From the NCBI GenBank assembly GCA_041659045.1, contig JBAZZB010000001.1, forward strand, positions 6,111 through 70,110: 64,000 nt of DNA, written 5' to 3'. This DNA is from Patescibacteria group bacterium. Lineage in GTDB: Bacteria > Patescibacteriota > Patescibacteriia > SG8-24 > DYFX01. Below, in pieces: positions 54,292 through 62,235 of the stretch. Within the stretch, counting starts at the first letter, position 1, and each line of letters begins with the position of its first letter. The notes beneath the pieces are model-generated. The model did not search any database. It saw only the letters and a list, made by a program, of their open reading frames with translations, and was not told where the DNA came from. The translations under genes were made by a program, and so were the position numbers.

Positions 54292-55900
54292 GCGCGGCTT
54301 CTTTCACGCGCTGCTTGGCTTCGGAATCGGCTCGACTCCAGAAGTAGTCGCCGTGGTCGGCGAACTTCATCGCCTCGGCGCGCCAGGATGAACGGGCCGC
54401 GACGGCTTTGTGCATCAGCTGCGCGACGCGACGATACGAAGGATGGCCTTGCGGCGTGGTGCGCAGCTCGATGAGGTGCATGAGCGCGCGGTCGTTGATG
54501 CCGAGCGTCCAGCGGATGAGGGAGCCGTGCAGGGTGGCGTAGGGAGCTTGCTCGGGGAACTCCGGCGCCAAGCGCTCGTACAGCGCGACGGACTTTTCTC
54601 GGCAGGCTTCTACCCGCCCCGCGAAACCGGCGTTTTTGATGTCTTCTGGTACGACGAAACCGAGTATCGGCGTGAACTTCTGGCGATCCTGACTGGCCAT
54701 GCGATGCCGCTCCAAGTCCTTGTAGGTGCCGTAGTCGACCAGCATGTCGAACGTATACGGATAGCCGCTCTCCATGGCTCGGCCCGGGCGGTCACGTCGG
54801 CTCTTGCGATTGCCGACGTACGTGGCAATGATTGCCCCGCGCTTCTCATCGGAAAGAGAGTGCACCACTTCGCGAATTTGCGCGAGCGGATGATTCAGGT
54901 GCGGATAGAGCATGAGCGCGAGCGTCAGGTCGTCGGACTCACGCTCATTCGTGGCGCGGTCCATGAGTGCGACCGTCTGAGCTTCTTGCGGCGCGATGCC
55001 GGCGAACAGTGCCTGTGCCAGCGCGCGCACGGCGTTCCTGGTTTCAATGACGTAGTCGTTTGCCTTTGCGCGTTTCACGTAGCGCGGAATGATCTTGTCG
55101 AGTGCGGTTTGCGTGCGCGCCGCAATGTCGCGCACTTCGGGAATGGCAGAGGAGTAGCAATGGGTCATGACCGTCTGGAAGAAACGGCCGTTGCCGAAAA
55201 TGCCGACGTTCGTGAGTGTCGAGAGCGGCAAGAGCGCGCGGAGCGCGTCGCAGGCTTTGGAACGGATGTCGGCTTGGTAGGTGGTGCGGAAAGCCTTCTG
55301 GAGCTTCTCATCTTTCAGCTCGGCATAACGCTCCTTCGCGCCATCGCCGTTTACATCGTATTCGGCGATGTCGAGCGGTTTGAGCTGTTCGTAATACGCC
55401 TTCATGGGCGGGATCAGCTCGCAATAGGTCGAAAAAATAAAATCCATCGTTTCGACATACGCTGCACCATGCGACGAAGCCATGATGGCCGGATCGCGGT
55501 AGTAACGGTAGTGGCCCTCAGCATTTTTCTGATCGTAAAAAACGTACCGCGTCGACTGTTCGATGGGGGAGCCGCCGATACGGCGATCTTCGATCTCCTT
55601 CGTAGAAAGCGTCGAAATGTTTTCAAAAGAAACATGCGCGCCTTCGAGTTCGCCAACCGAGTCGTCGCCGTAGGCGATCAATACGCGCTCAATAAGGTCT
55701 CCGGCCTTCTTCGCGTCAATCGCGCCTTCGCGAATGAATTCCTTGAGCAGTGTTTCACGGAAACCGCCCGGGGCGCGGCTGTAGCGCGCGTACACCGCCC
55801 CTGTCATGCCGTCCAAACCCTTCACAGCAAAAATATCGTCTTCGGTGCTGGTGACGTACGGGGCAAGCAGGATTTTTTCTTCGTCGGAAAATTTCGGCAT
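54275..55900 (-). CDS. thyX: flavin-dependent thymidylate synthase ThyX, tandem-domain (541 aa) form
   Basis: N-half has ...EQSTRYV, C-half has RHRMAS...; two ThyX-like halves in one polypeptide. Confidence 0.7.
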   Translation of the reverse strand: MPKFSDEEKILLAPYVTSTEDDIFAVKGLDGMTGAVYARYSRAPGGFRETLLKEFIREGAIDAKKAGDLIERVLIAYGDDSVGELEGAHVSFENISTLSTKEIEDRRIGGSPIEQSTRYVFYDQKNAEGHYRYYRDPAIMASSHGAAYVETMDFIFSTYCELIPPMKAYYEQLKPLDIAEYDVNGDGAKERYAELKDEKLQKAFRTTYQADIRSKACDALRALLPLSTLTNVGIFGNGRFFQTVMTHCYSSAIPEVRDIAARTQTALDKIIPRYVKRAKANDYVIETRNAVRALAQALFAGIAPQEAQTVALMDRATNERESDDLTLALMLYPHLNHPLAQIREVVHSLSDEKRGAIIATYVGNRKSRRDRPGRAMESGYPYTFDMLVDYGTYKDLERHRMASQDRQKFTPILGFVVPEDIKNAGFAGRVEACREKSVALYERLAPEFPEQAPYATLHGSLIRWTLGINDRALMHLIELRTTPQGHPSYRRVAQLMHKAVAARSSWRAEAMKFADHGDYFWSRADSEAKQRVKEAALEDGS

Positions 55901-55969
55901 AGGCAGTATCAGGATTTGTACCTGCAGTACATCACTTCGCTCACAGCCGTAGAAGTGGACAAGCCTGTG

Positions 55970-55995
55970 GATAAGAAAAAGGGGCCAAAGCCCCT
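55970..55995 (-). terminator. intrinsic terminator immediately after dut stop
   Basis: minus strand AGGGGCTTTGGCCCCT + TTTTTCTT. Confidence 0.6.
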
Positions 55996-56421
55996 TTATC
56001 CGGTAGTTCCGAACCCGCCACGCGTCTTGTCTGTAAGGGCTGGGCCCTCGTCCCAGACTGCGCGGTCGACCCGGACGAAACCAGCCTGGCAGACGCGGTC
56101 GCCCTTCTTGATTTCGACCGGTGCCTCGGTGAAGTTCATGACTCGAAGCTTGAGCTCATCCTCAGGGCCGCAGTAGTCCTGATCGATGATACCGATGCCA
56201 TGCGGCAGCTGGACGCCCTTTTTCGGAGTCGAGGAGCGCGAAGCGACAAGGAGCATGTAGCCCTCGGGAATGCCAAAAACGAGACCGGTCGGCAGGTCGG
56301 CCATGGCTTTTGGCGCGAGGGTGATGTCTTCGACGCAGACGAGGTCGAAGCAGACGGCACCGGGCGTTTTATATTCAGGCAGCGCGACGTCGGGGCGGGT
56401 TTTTGTGATTCTGACTTTCAT
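55996..56421 (-). CDS. dut: dUTP diphosphatase
   Basis: dUTPase motifs (AVCFDL, ASRSS, GIGIIDQDYCG, GGFGTTG). Confidence 0.88.
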   Translation of the reverse strand: MKVRITKTRPDVALPEYKTPGAVCFDLVCVEDITLAPKAMADLPTGLVFGIPEGYMLLVASRSSTPKKGVQLPHGIGIIDQDYCGPEDELKLRVMNFTEAPVEIKKGDRVCQAGFVRVDRAVWDEGPALTDKTRGGFGTTG

Positions 56422-56432
56422 CGCGTTTTTTT

Positions 56433-56511
56433 GTCATCCCGAGCGCAGTCGAGGGATCTATTCTTCGAGCCAATAGATCCCTCCACTTCGCTGCGCTTCG
56501 GTCGGGATGAC
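56433..56511. repeat. about 80-nt imperfect inverted repeat (long hairpin) in kinase-dut intergenic region
   Basis: gtcatcccga/tcgggatgac, gcgcag/ctgcgc, agggatctatt/aatagatccct arms around cttcgagcc loop. Confidence 0.7.
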
Positions 56512-56513
56512 AA

Positions 56514-57119
56514 TTAAGGACTGGTGTGCAATTTATTCCGATGCGGGTGCGGGTGGTCGAAGTCGCCGGCTTTGATGTATTCGAGGATCGACCGCACGGA
56601 CGCGTAGTACTCCTCGATCGATCCGGTATTGTCGAGCATGAAGCCAGCGGAACGGCCGATTTCCGGAATGTCCTTTTCGGTCGACAGGTTTTCTTCTTCT
56701 TTGAATGTTTCAAGCGACATTTCGGATTCTCCGACTTTCTCGCCGCGCCCGCGCGCGCGCTGCCAGCGGATCTCAACGGGTGCCGTGATGTAGAGAAGGT
56801 GGAAACCGGGAAGATCTTTCAATGCTTCCACATCGCCCCAGCGACGAATGCCGTCGATGACGATGAGTGGGGTTGCGGCATTTTTCGCATCGCCGGCGAT
56901 CACTTGTGCAAACAAGTTTTGGCCAAAGGCTTCGCGAAGCGTGACCGACATCTTTGTCTGGTTTTCGCGCGTCTGTGGGATGTACAAACGGTCGAGTACG
57001 TCGTTCAGAATCTTGCTGAAGCGGAACGTTTGCGCGCCGTATTTTTCAACCAAATACTGGGCGGCGGTGCCTTTACCTCCGACTTTCTCGCCGACGAGGC
57101 CGATGATGATCTTGTTCAT
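56514..57119 (-). CDS. P-loop nucleoside/nucleotide kinase-like protein (CoaE/dNMP-kinase-like fold)
   Basis: start at MNKIIIGLVGEKVGGKGT (Walker A); overlaps deaminase stop by 4 nt (ATGA). Confidence 0.55.
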   Translation of the reverse strand: MNKIIIGLVGEKVGGKGTAAQYLVEKYGAQTFRFSKILNDVLDRLYIPQTRENQTKMSVTLREAFGQNLFAQVIAGDAKNAATPLIVIDGIRRWGDVEALKDLPGFHLLYITAPVEIRWQRARGRGEKVGESEMSLETFKEEENLSTEKDIPEIGRSAGFMLDNTGSIEEYYASVRSILEYIKAGDFDHPHPHRNKLHTSP

Positions 57120-57634
57120 GCTTTGGAGACGTAATTTTCGAGCGGCGCGGTAAAGGCCTGCGCCAGGCGTTCGGTCCATTCACGCGAAGGCTGGTAGGAG
57201 TCGAGCGTGACGCCGGCTTCATGGAGCGCGGCGACGACGGCGGGGGAGCGATACTCGGCGCCGGCCAGGATGCGTTTCACGCCGGCGACCGTCAGCGCTT
57301 TGAAACAGTGGTAGCAAGGCGAGTGCGTCGTGTAGAGCGTCGAACCGACCGTGCTGCCCGCGCCCATGACGGCGGCTTGGAGTACGCAGTTCTCTTCAGC
57401 ATGCACCGTACGGATGCAGTGATTGTCCTCCATAAGGTGTCCGGCCGGGCCGTCGCAGTGGGGCATGCCGGGCGGCGCGCCGTTGTAACCCGTCGCCACG
57501 ATGCGGCGGTCTTTCACCAGCACCGCGCCAACCTGGAGGCGATTGCAGGTGCCGCGCGTCGCCACGATTTTGGCGATGCCCATGAAGTAGTCGTCCCAGG
57601 ACGGGCGCTGGAGAGAAGGAGTCATAGTGTTCAA
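57116..57634 (-). CDS. dCMP deaminase (cytidine/deoxycytidylate deaminase family)
   Basis: zinc motifs HAEENC and PCYHC. Confidence 0.88.
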   Translation of the reverse strand: MNTMTPSLQRPSWDDYFMGIAKIVATRGTCNRLQVGAVLVKDRRIVATGYNGAPPGMPHCDGPAGHLMEDNHCIRTVHAEENCVLQAAVMGAGSTVGSTLYTTHSPCYHCFKALTVAGVKRILAGAEYRSPAVVAALHEAGVTLDSYQPSREWTERLAQAFTAPLENYVSKA

Positions 57635-57702
57635 ACCTTACCGTCTTGAGCGAGGTGCCGCAAGAGACGAAAAACCGACCCCTTTCGGGATCGGTTTCGT
57701 CC

Positions 57703-58374
57703 TTAGATCGTGCGGATGGCCGGACCCATGGTGGTCGCGACCGTGACGTTCTTCAGGTAGACGCCCTTCGAAGAGGACGGCTTGATTTTGCGAACGGCTT
57801 CGAGCAGCGTTTCGTAGTTCTCGGCGAGCGCCTTGGCGTCGAACGAGACTTTGCCGATGACGGTGTGGACGATGCCGTAGTCGTCGCTCTTGAAGGCAAC
57901 TTTGCCCTTCTTGAGTTCCGAGATCATCTTCGTCACGTTCGTGCTGACGGTTTCAGACTTCGGGTTCGGCATGAGACCCTTCGGACCGAGGACTTTTGCG
58001 ACCTTGGCCATCTTCGGCATCATGTCCGGCGTTGCGACCGCGAGGTCCCACTCGAACTTACCGGTCCTGGTGATTTCGGCGAGCGTTTCTTCCGTACCGA
58101 TTTCATCGGCGCCGGCTTCCTTCGCTTCCTTCTCCTTATCAGCGGAGACGAAGGCGATGATCTTTTTCGTTTTGCCGCTGCCGTTCGGGAGCGAGACGGT
58201 GCCGCGGACCTGCTGGTCGGACTTCTTCGGGTCGATGCCGAGGCGGAGGTGGACTTCCACGGTGGCGTCGAACTTCGACGGCGAGGTCTGCTTGGCCAGT
58301 TCCATCGCTTCGGCGGTCGAATACGTTTTCTTCGAGTCGACGAGCGCGGCGGCGGCCTTATACTTCTTTCCCAT
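57703..58374 (-). CDS. rplA: 50S ribosomal protein L1
   Basis: uL1 signature; start taken at MGKKYKAAA. Confidence 0.93.
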   Translation of the reverse strand: MGKKYKAAAALVDSKKTYSTAEAMELAKQTSPSKFDATVEVHLRLGIDPKKSDQQVRGTVSLPNGSGKTKKIIAFVSADKEKEAKEAGADEIGTEETLAEITRTGKFEWDLAVATPDMMPKMAKVAKVLGPKGLMPNPKSETVSTNVTKMISELKKGKVAFKSDDYGIVHTVIGKVSFDAKALAENYETLLEAVRKIKPSSSKGVYLKNVTVATTMGPAIRTI

Positions 58375-58431
58375 ATATAGGTGTGGTCGGGCGCCTTTCG
58401 GCTCCCACATGCCTTATGTATTAATGCCCGC

Positions 58432-58460
58432 ATCCTAGCGGAAGCGGGCATTCGTGTCAA
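58432..58460 (-). promoter_or_regulatory. sigma70-like promoter for rplA (TTGACA-17-TAGGAT)
   Basis: minus-strand TTGACA at 58460-58455, TAGGAT at 58437-58432. Confidence 0.45.
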
Positions 58461-58464
58461 TCTT

Positions 58465-58869
58465 TTAGGCGTTCATCTTGAGCTCCGTCTCGCGCTCTTT
58501 CTGGACCCACTTGAAATGGAGGACGAAGAGCGGGGCGGAGACGACGAGCATCGCGATGTACTGAGCCAGCGAGTTTTGGCGCTGGGCGTCGCGCTGCTCT
58601 TCCTGGTTCTTCTCGCATTCTGACTTCTGCGCGTCGAGATCGGCCTGCGACGGCTGTTTCGCACCCTCCTCGACGGCGACGGGCATCGGCCGCGCGTAGC
58701 CCATGTCGCAGGAGTTATAGGCGAAGTCTGCCTTGGTGAAGACGTAGGTCTTCATGCCGAGGTTGAGGAGCGAAATCGCCGCGATGACCGACATGATCAG
58801 GAAGATCAGGGTCGCCGCGTAGAAATAAATCTGGCGGATGGTGTTTTTCATATAAGGAAAGGCTAGCAT
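58465..58869 (-). CDS. hypothetical 2-TM membrane protein inserted between rplK and rplA
   Basis: start after rplK terminator (MLAFPYMKNTIRQ...), two TM helices with Cys-containing acidic loop. Confidence 0.5.
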   Translation of the reverse strand: MLAFPYMKNTIRQIYFYAATLIFLIMSVIAAISLLNLGMKTYVFTKADFAYNSCDMGYARPMPVAVEEGAKQPSQADLDAQKSECEKNQEEQRDAQRQNSLAQYIAMLVVSAPLFVLHFKWVQKERETELKMNA

Positions 58870-58875
58870 AAACAA

Positions 58876-58900
58876 AAACTCCCGCAAAGCGGGAGTTTTC
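58876..58900 (-). terminator. intrinsic terminator directly after rplK
   Basis: minus strand aaaactcccgctttgcgggag + tttttgttt. Confidence 0.65.
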
Positions 58901-58906
58901 GAAGCC

Positions 58907-59332
58907 TTACGGCTTGACCTCGAGACCCATCTGGCGCGCGGTACCTTCGATGGTACGCATGGCCGATTCGATCGAGGTGGTGTTGAGGTCAGGGAGCTTC
59001 TTCTCCGCGATTTCGCGGATCTGGGCTTTCGTGACCTTACCGACTTTTTCCTGAAGGGGCTTGCCGGAACCTTTTTCGAGGCCGGCGGCCTTCATGAGGA
59101 GAGTCGATGCAGGCGGCGTCTTGAGGATGAAGTCGAACGTACGATCTTCGTAAATCGTCAGGACGGCCGGGACGATGTCGCCCGCCATTTTGGCGGTGGC
59201 GGCGTTGAACTTCTGGACGAAGTCCTGGATGTTCACGCCGTGCTGACCCAGGGTCGGACCGATCGGCGGGGCGGGAGTCGCTTTGCCGGCGGGGGCCTGG
59301 ATTTTGACGATGGCTTTGACTTTCTTGGCCAT
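58907..59332 (-). CDS. rplK: 50S ribosomal protein L11
   Basis: [34 protein letters not shown]... canonical uL11. Confidence 0.93.
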   Translation of the reverse strand: MAKKVKAIVKIQAPAGKATPAPPIGPTLGQHGVNIQDFVQKFNAATAKMAGDIVPAVLTIYEDRTFDFILKTPPASTLLMKAAGLEKGSGKPLQEKVGKVTKAQIREIAEKKLPDLNTTSIESAMRTIEGTARQMGLEVKP

Positions 59333-59479
59333 GAATTTGGGTTTGCGCGTCGGAGAGAAGCTGGCTAAATGCCACGCCGCGCACGTAGCCAGGAGAGTAC
59401 CCGAAACTGGGAAACTTGGCAAGAGACGGGGATTGACGTTCAGCAGGGTCGGGTTTAGGCTCATCGTAGGAGGCACGTC

Positions 59480-59632
59480 ATGCAAGAGATCCTTCAGATG
59501 ATCGAAGCGCTTGGGATCTTTCTGACCGCGCTCGTGACGCTTCTGGTTTTCTTTCCGCTCTGGCCGCTCGGGATCTGGGCGTTCATCGAGTGGCATTGTG
59601 CGCCACTCCTGCCTGACTCGGCGATCGACTGA
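59480..59632 (+). CDS. candidate 50-aa hydrophobic small protein antisense to rplK leader
   Basis: TAGGAGG RBS 6 nt before ATG; [50 protein letters not shown]; followed 60 nt later by bidirectional terminator. Confidence 0.35.
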   Translation: MQEILQMIEALGIFLTALVTLLVFFPLWPLGIWAFIEWHCAPLLPDSAID

Positions 59633-59687
59633 TCCATACACCTCGGCATCTGCCGCGGTGTTTTTCTTTGTCATTCTGCGTGAAAAG

Positions 59688-59722
59688 AAAAATCCCTCTC
59701 CGATTCGGAAAGGGATTTTTCG
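59688..59722. terminator. bidirectional intrinsic terminator after nusG
   Basis: near-perfect palindrome atccctctccgattcggaaagggat flanked by T-runs on both strands. Confidence 0.65.
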
Positions 59723-59746
59723 CTTCGTTTAGGATGACAGATCTGA

Positions 59747-60292
59747 TTAGATCTTCTTGACCTGGAGGAAGTCGAGCTCGATCGGCGTTTCGCGGCCGAA
59801 CATGTTGACGAGCACTTTGATTTTGCCGCGTGCTTCGTCGATTTCGGCGACCTTGCCTTCGAAGCCCTTGAACGGACCGTCGGCGATTGAAACGGCCGAG
59901 CCGGTTTCGACGTCGATCTTGTATTCCGGTTCGTCGACGCCCATGCGCTTCTGAAGCGACTTCACTTCCTCGTCGGAAAGCGGACTCGGCGTCGTGCCAG
60001 TGCCGATGAAGCCGGTGACGTTCGGCGTGTTGCGAACGACGTACCAAGAGTCGTCGGTCACGACCATTTCGACCAACACATAGCCGGGGAAGATTTTTTC
60101 TTCAACCGTCTTGCGCTTGCCGTTTTTGATCTTGATCTTCTTCTCCTTCGGAATCATGACACCGAAGATCTTGTCCTGCATGTCGAGCGATTCGATACGC
60201 TGCTTCAGGTTGTCGCAGACGTTCTCCTCGTAACCCGAATAGGTGTGAATCGCGTACCAGCGGCGACCTTGCTGAAGTATCTGCTTTGCCAT
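59747..60292 (-). CDS. nusG: transcription termination/antitermination factor NusG
   Basis: NGN and KOW domains (WYAIHTYSGYE...GPFKGFEGKV). Confidence 0.93.
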   Translation of the reverse strand: MAKQILQQGRRWYAIHTYSGYEENVCDNLKQRIESLDMQDKIFGVMIPKEKKIKIKNGKRKTVEEKIFPGYVLVEMVVTDDSWYVVRNTPNVTGFIGTGTTPSPLSDEEVKSLQKRMGVDEPEYKIDVETGSAVSIADGPFKGFEGKVAEIDEARGKIKVLVNMFGRETPIELDFLQVKKI

Positions 60293-60294
60293 AG

Positions 60295-60495
60295 TTACTT
60301 GGCGGCGATGATCGCTTGGAGCGCCAGGTTCAGTCCGTAGTCGAGACCGCCCAAAACCGCGGCCGTACCGACCGAAACGCCGATCACGATCAGGGTCGAA
60401 ATAATGGTCTGGCGGCGGGTCGGCCAGGCGACTTTTTCGAGCTCTTCCTTCGCTTCGTAGAAGTACCGGATGACCTTGTTTTCCTTGAGGCTCAT
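60295..60495 (-). CDS. secE: preprotein translocase subunit SecE
   Basis: 66 aa, single TM, ELEKVAWPTRRQ motif; 2 nt upstream of nusG. Confidence 0.85.
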   Translation of the reverse strand: MSLKENKVIRYFYEAKEELEKVAWPTRRQTIISTLIVIGVSVGTAAVLGGLDYGLNLALQAIIAAK

Positions 60496-60543
60496 ACCAA
60501 ATGAAGTTTTTTAAAGAGACCCCTGGGGGTCTCTGTTCGCAGC

Positions 60544-60578
60544 CACTATAGCAGGTGCGCGCGAATCTGTCAATTTGA
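60544..60578. promoter_or_regulatory. overlapping divergent sigma70-like promoters (secE-nusG leftwards; 60631 gene rightwards)
   Basis: minus: TTGACA-17-TATAGT; plus: TTGACA-16-TACTCT; secE transcript would begin with hairpin agagacccccaggggtctct. Confidence 0.5.
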
Positions 60579-60630
60579 CACCCCAGTGCTTCAAGGTACT
60601 CTGTGTCAGAACCGTCAGGAGGAAACCTGC

Positions 60631-60975
60631 ATGTCGGAAAAGCGATTCTTCATCGCTCCGTCCGATCCGGACGCGGGCGACCAGCTGATTGCGTATCTTC
60701 TGCGCGTCGAACACCGTGTCTCACTCAACGATGTCTTCGATCTTTTCTCCGCCAAGAAGGACCCCGTGAAGAAGACGAAGGTTTTCGGTCTGCTCACGGA
60801 CCTGATCATCGCGGAACGTCTGGTCGAGGTGGAACGACATCTCTACTGCTTGCCGAAGCTGAGGTTCCCGGTTCTGGCCGTCGTCGACGTTTCCGTGTTG
60901 CGACGCTCTATCGGAAACAAGGAAGCGCTTCGGTTGAAGCCGTTGTGCCGCGATTCTCCAAAAGATGACGACTGA
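60631..60975 (+). CDS. hypothetical protein (114 aa)
   Basis: AGGAGGA RBS; followed by terminator gatgacgactgacgtcatc + tttttctttt. Confidence 0.5.
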   Translation: MSEKRFFIAPSDPDAGDQLIAYLLRVEHRVSLNDVFDLFSAKKDPVKKTKVFGLLTDLIIAERLVEVERHLYCLPKLRFPVLAVVDVSVLRRSIGNKEALRLKPLCRDSPKDDD

Positions 60976-60991
60976 CGTCATCTTTTTCTTT
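60959..60991 (+). terminator. intrinsic terminator
   Basis: gatgacgactgacgtcatc hairpin + T-run. Confidence 0.7.
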
Positions 60992-61055
60992 TAGCTTGAC
61001 GCGAGGGGGTTCGAACGGCAAGCTGGTCACGCGTGCAACACCCAGGAGGTGGAAC

Positions 61056-62162
61056 ATGACAGCAACCAAGTTCCTTCAGACGCGTCAGGTGGAGAGACGA
61101 CTGCTTGCGGCGCTGAAAGGCCGGAGGGAAACCTTCACGGCCCATCAGCTCTACGAGCTGTGCGGCATTCCCCTTAAGGACGAAAACGCGAAGTTCACGC
61201 TTCGTCAGGTCGCGACCGAGCTTGCGAAGTCACGCAAGATCAAAGCGATCGGCGGCGGCATGTATCGCAGTATGGAACCTGACGCGGAGCGGGAAGAGAT
61301 TCCTGAGCCCGTTCCAGAGCCCGTCGTGGTCGTTGAGGAAGTCGCTGCTGAAGAACTTGTCGATGACGCACATTCGGAACCGGACTTCGAGTCCGGAGAC
61401 GAAGAAGAAGTCGTCGTTGAGGAAGCTGGCAGCAACACCGAAACGGCGCAGCCCAAGATCGATCCTATCGAAGCGCCGGCGTCGAGGGCTCCTCAGGGAG
61501 CGTTCCGCGCGTGGCTTCTTGGATACCTGCGACCGAACGTGATTCTCAGCACGAAGGATATCCTCAACCGTGCGCTTGAAGCGAAAGTGGCGGTGAGTCG
61601 TCAGTCGGGACAGCTCTCGCTCGGGGCGATGGTGAAGCGAGGAGATGTGCGCCGCGTGCGCAAGGGATACTTCTCACTGCCTCAGTCGCCCACGTCCGCA
61701 AGCCAATCAATGAGCGTCGTCGCCGTTCCAGACGCACCGAAGGATCCGCCTGTTCTGAGTGTTGTCCCGAATCCACCGGTGGAATCGGAACGCAAACCGG
61801 AGCCGGTGGTTGAAGAGGGATCCTCGGTTGATGCGGATCTTCCGCCGGATCCGGAGACAGGTGCCTTGCAAGAGGAAGTGAAGCTGCCCACCCCGAAGCG
61901 AAAAGCGGCTCGATCGGAAGAAGATGTCTTCATGCGTATCGACCGCATGTTTCGCGAGAAGGACAGGCTGCTCCGTCAGCGCATCGTGGAGGGTGAAGCC
62001 TACAAGAAGGAGCTCACCGCCATGATTCGCAAAGGCGAACGACAGCTGATCGAGATCGAGCGCTGCTGCGTGGATGCACGCTCGTTGCTTCTGCAAGTCA
62101 CCAAGGCGCGACAAGAACTTACAAGACTCGAACGCTCCTTGCGTCCTCGAAAGAGACGATGA
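61056..62162 (+). CDS. hypothetical protein with two N-terminal winged-helix-like modules, acidic linker and C-terminal coiled coil
   Basis: GGAGG RBS; repeated pattern (...HQLYELCG...RQVATELAKSRKIKAIGGGMY / ...KDILNRALEAKV...LGAMVKRGDVRRVRKGYF). Confidence 0.45.
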   Translation: MTATKFLQTRQVERRLLAALKGRRETFTAHQLYELCGIPLKDENAKFTLRQVATELAKSRKIKAIGGGMYRSMEPDAEREEIPEPVPEPVVVVEEVAAEELVDDAHSEPDFESGDEEEVVVEEAGSNTETAQPKIDPIEAPASRAPQGAFRAWLLGYLRPNVILSTKDILNRALEAKVAVSRQSGQLSLGAMVKRGDVRRVRKGYFSLPQSPTSASQSMSVVAVPDAPKDPPVLSVVPNPPVESERKPEPVVEEGSSVDADLPPDPETGALQEEVKLPTPKRKAARSEEDVFMRIDRMFREKDRLLRQRIVEGEAYKKELTAMIRKGERQLIEIERCCVDARSLLLQVTKARQELTRLERSLRPRKRR

Positions 62163-62235
62163 CCGCTCCTGTTTCCAGCTGCGGTCTTTTTTATTTCTGA
62201 TTCCTCGTTTGTTTCCAAGAGAGTACACTCTTCAT

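Noticed and set aside
58907-59674. 255-aa ORF-track version of rplK
   Set aside because: N-terminal 113 codons are read-through of the leader; canonical uL11 begins at [10 protein letters not shown] (59332) and the upstream frame has no conserved features.
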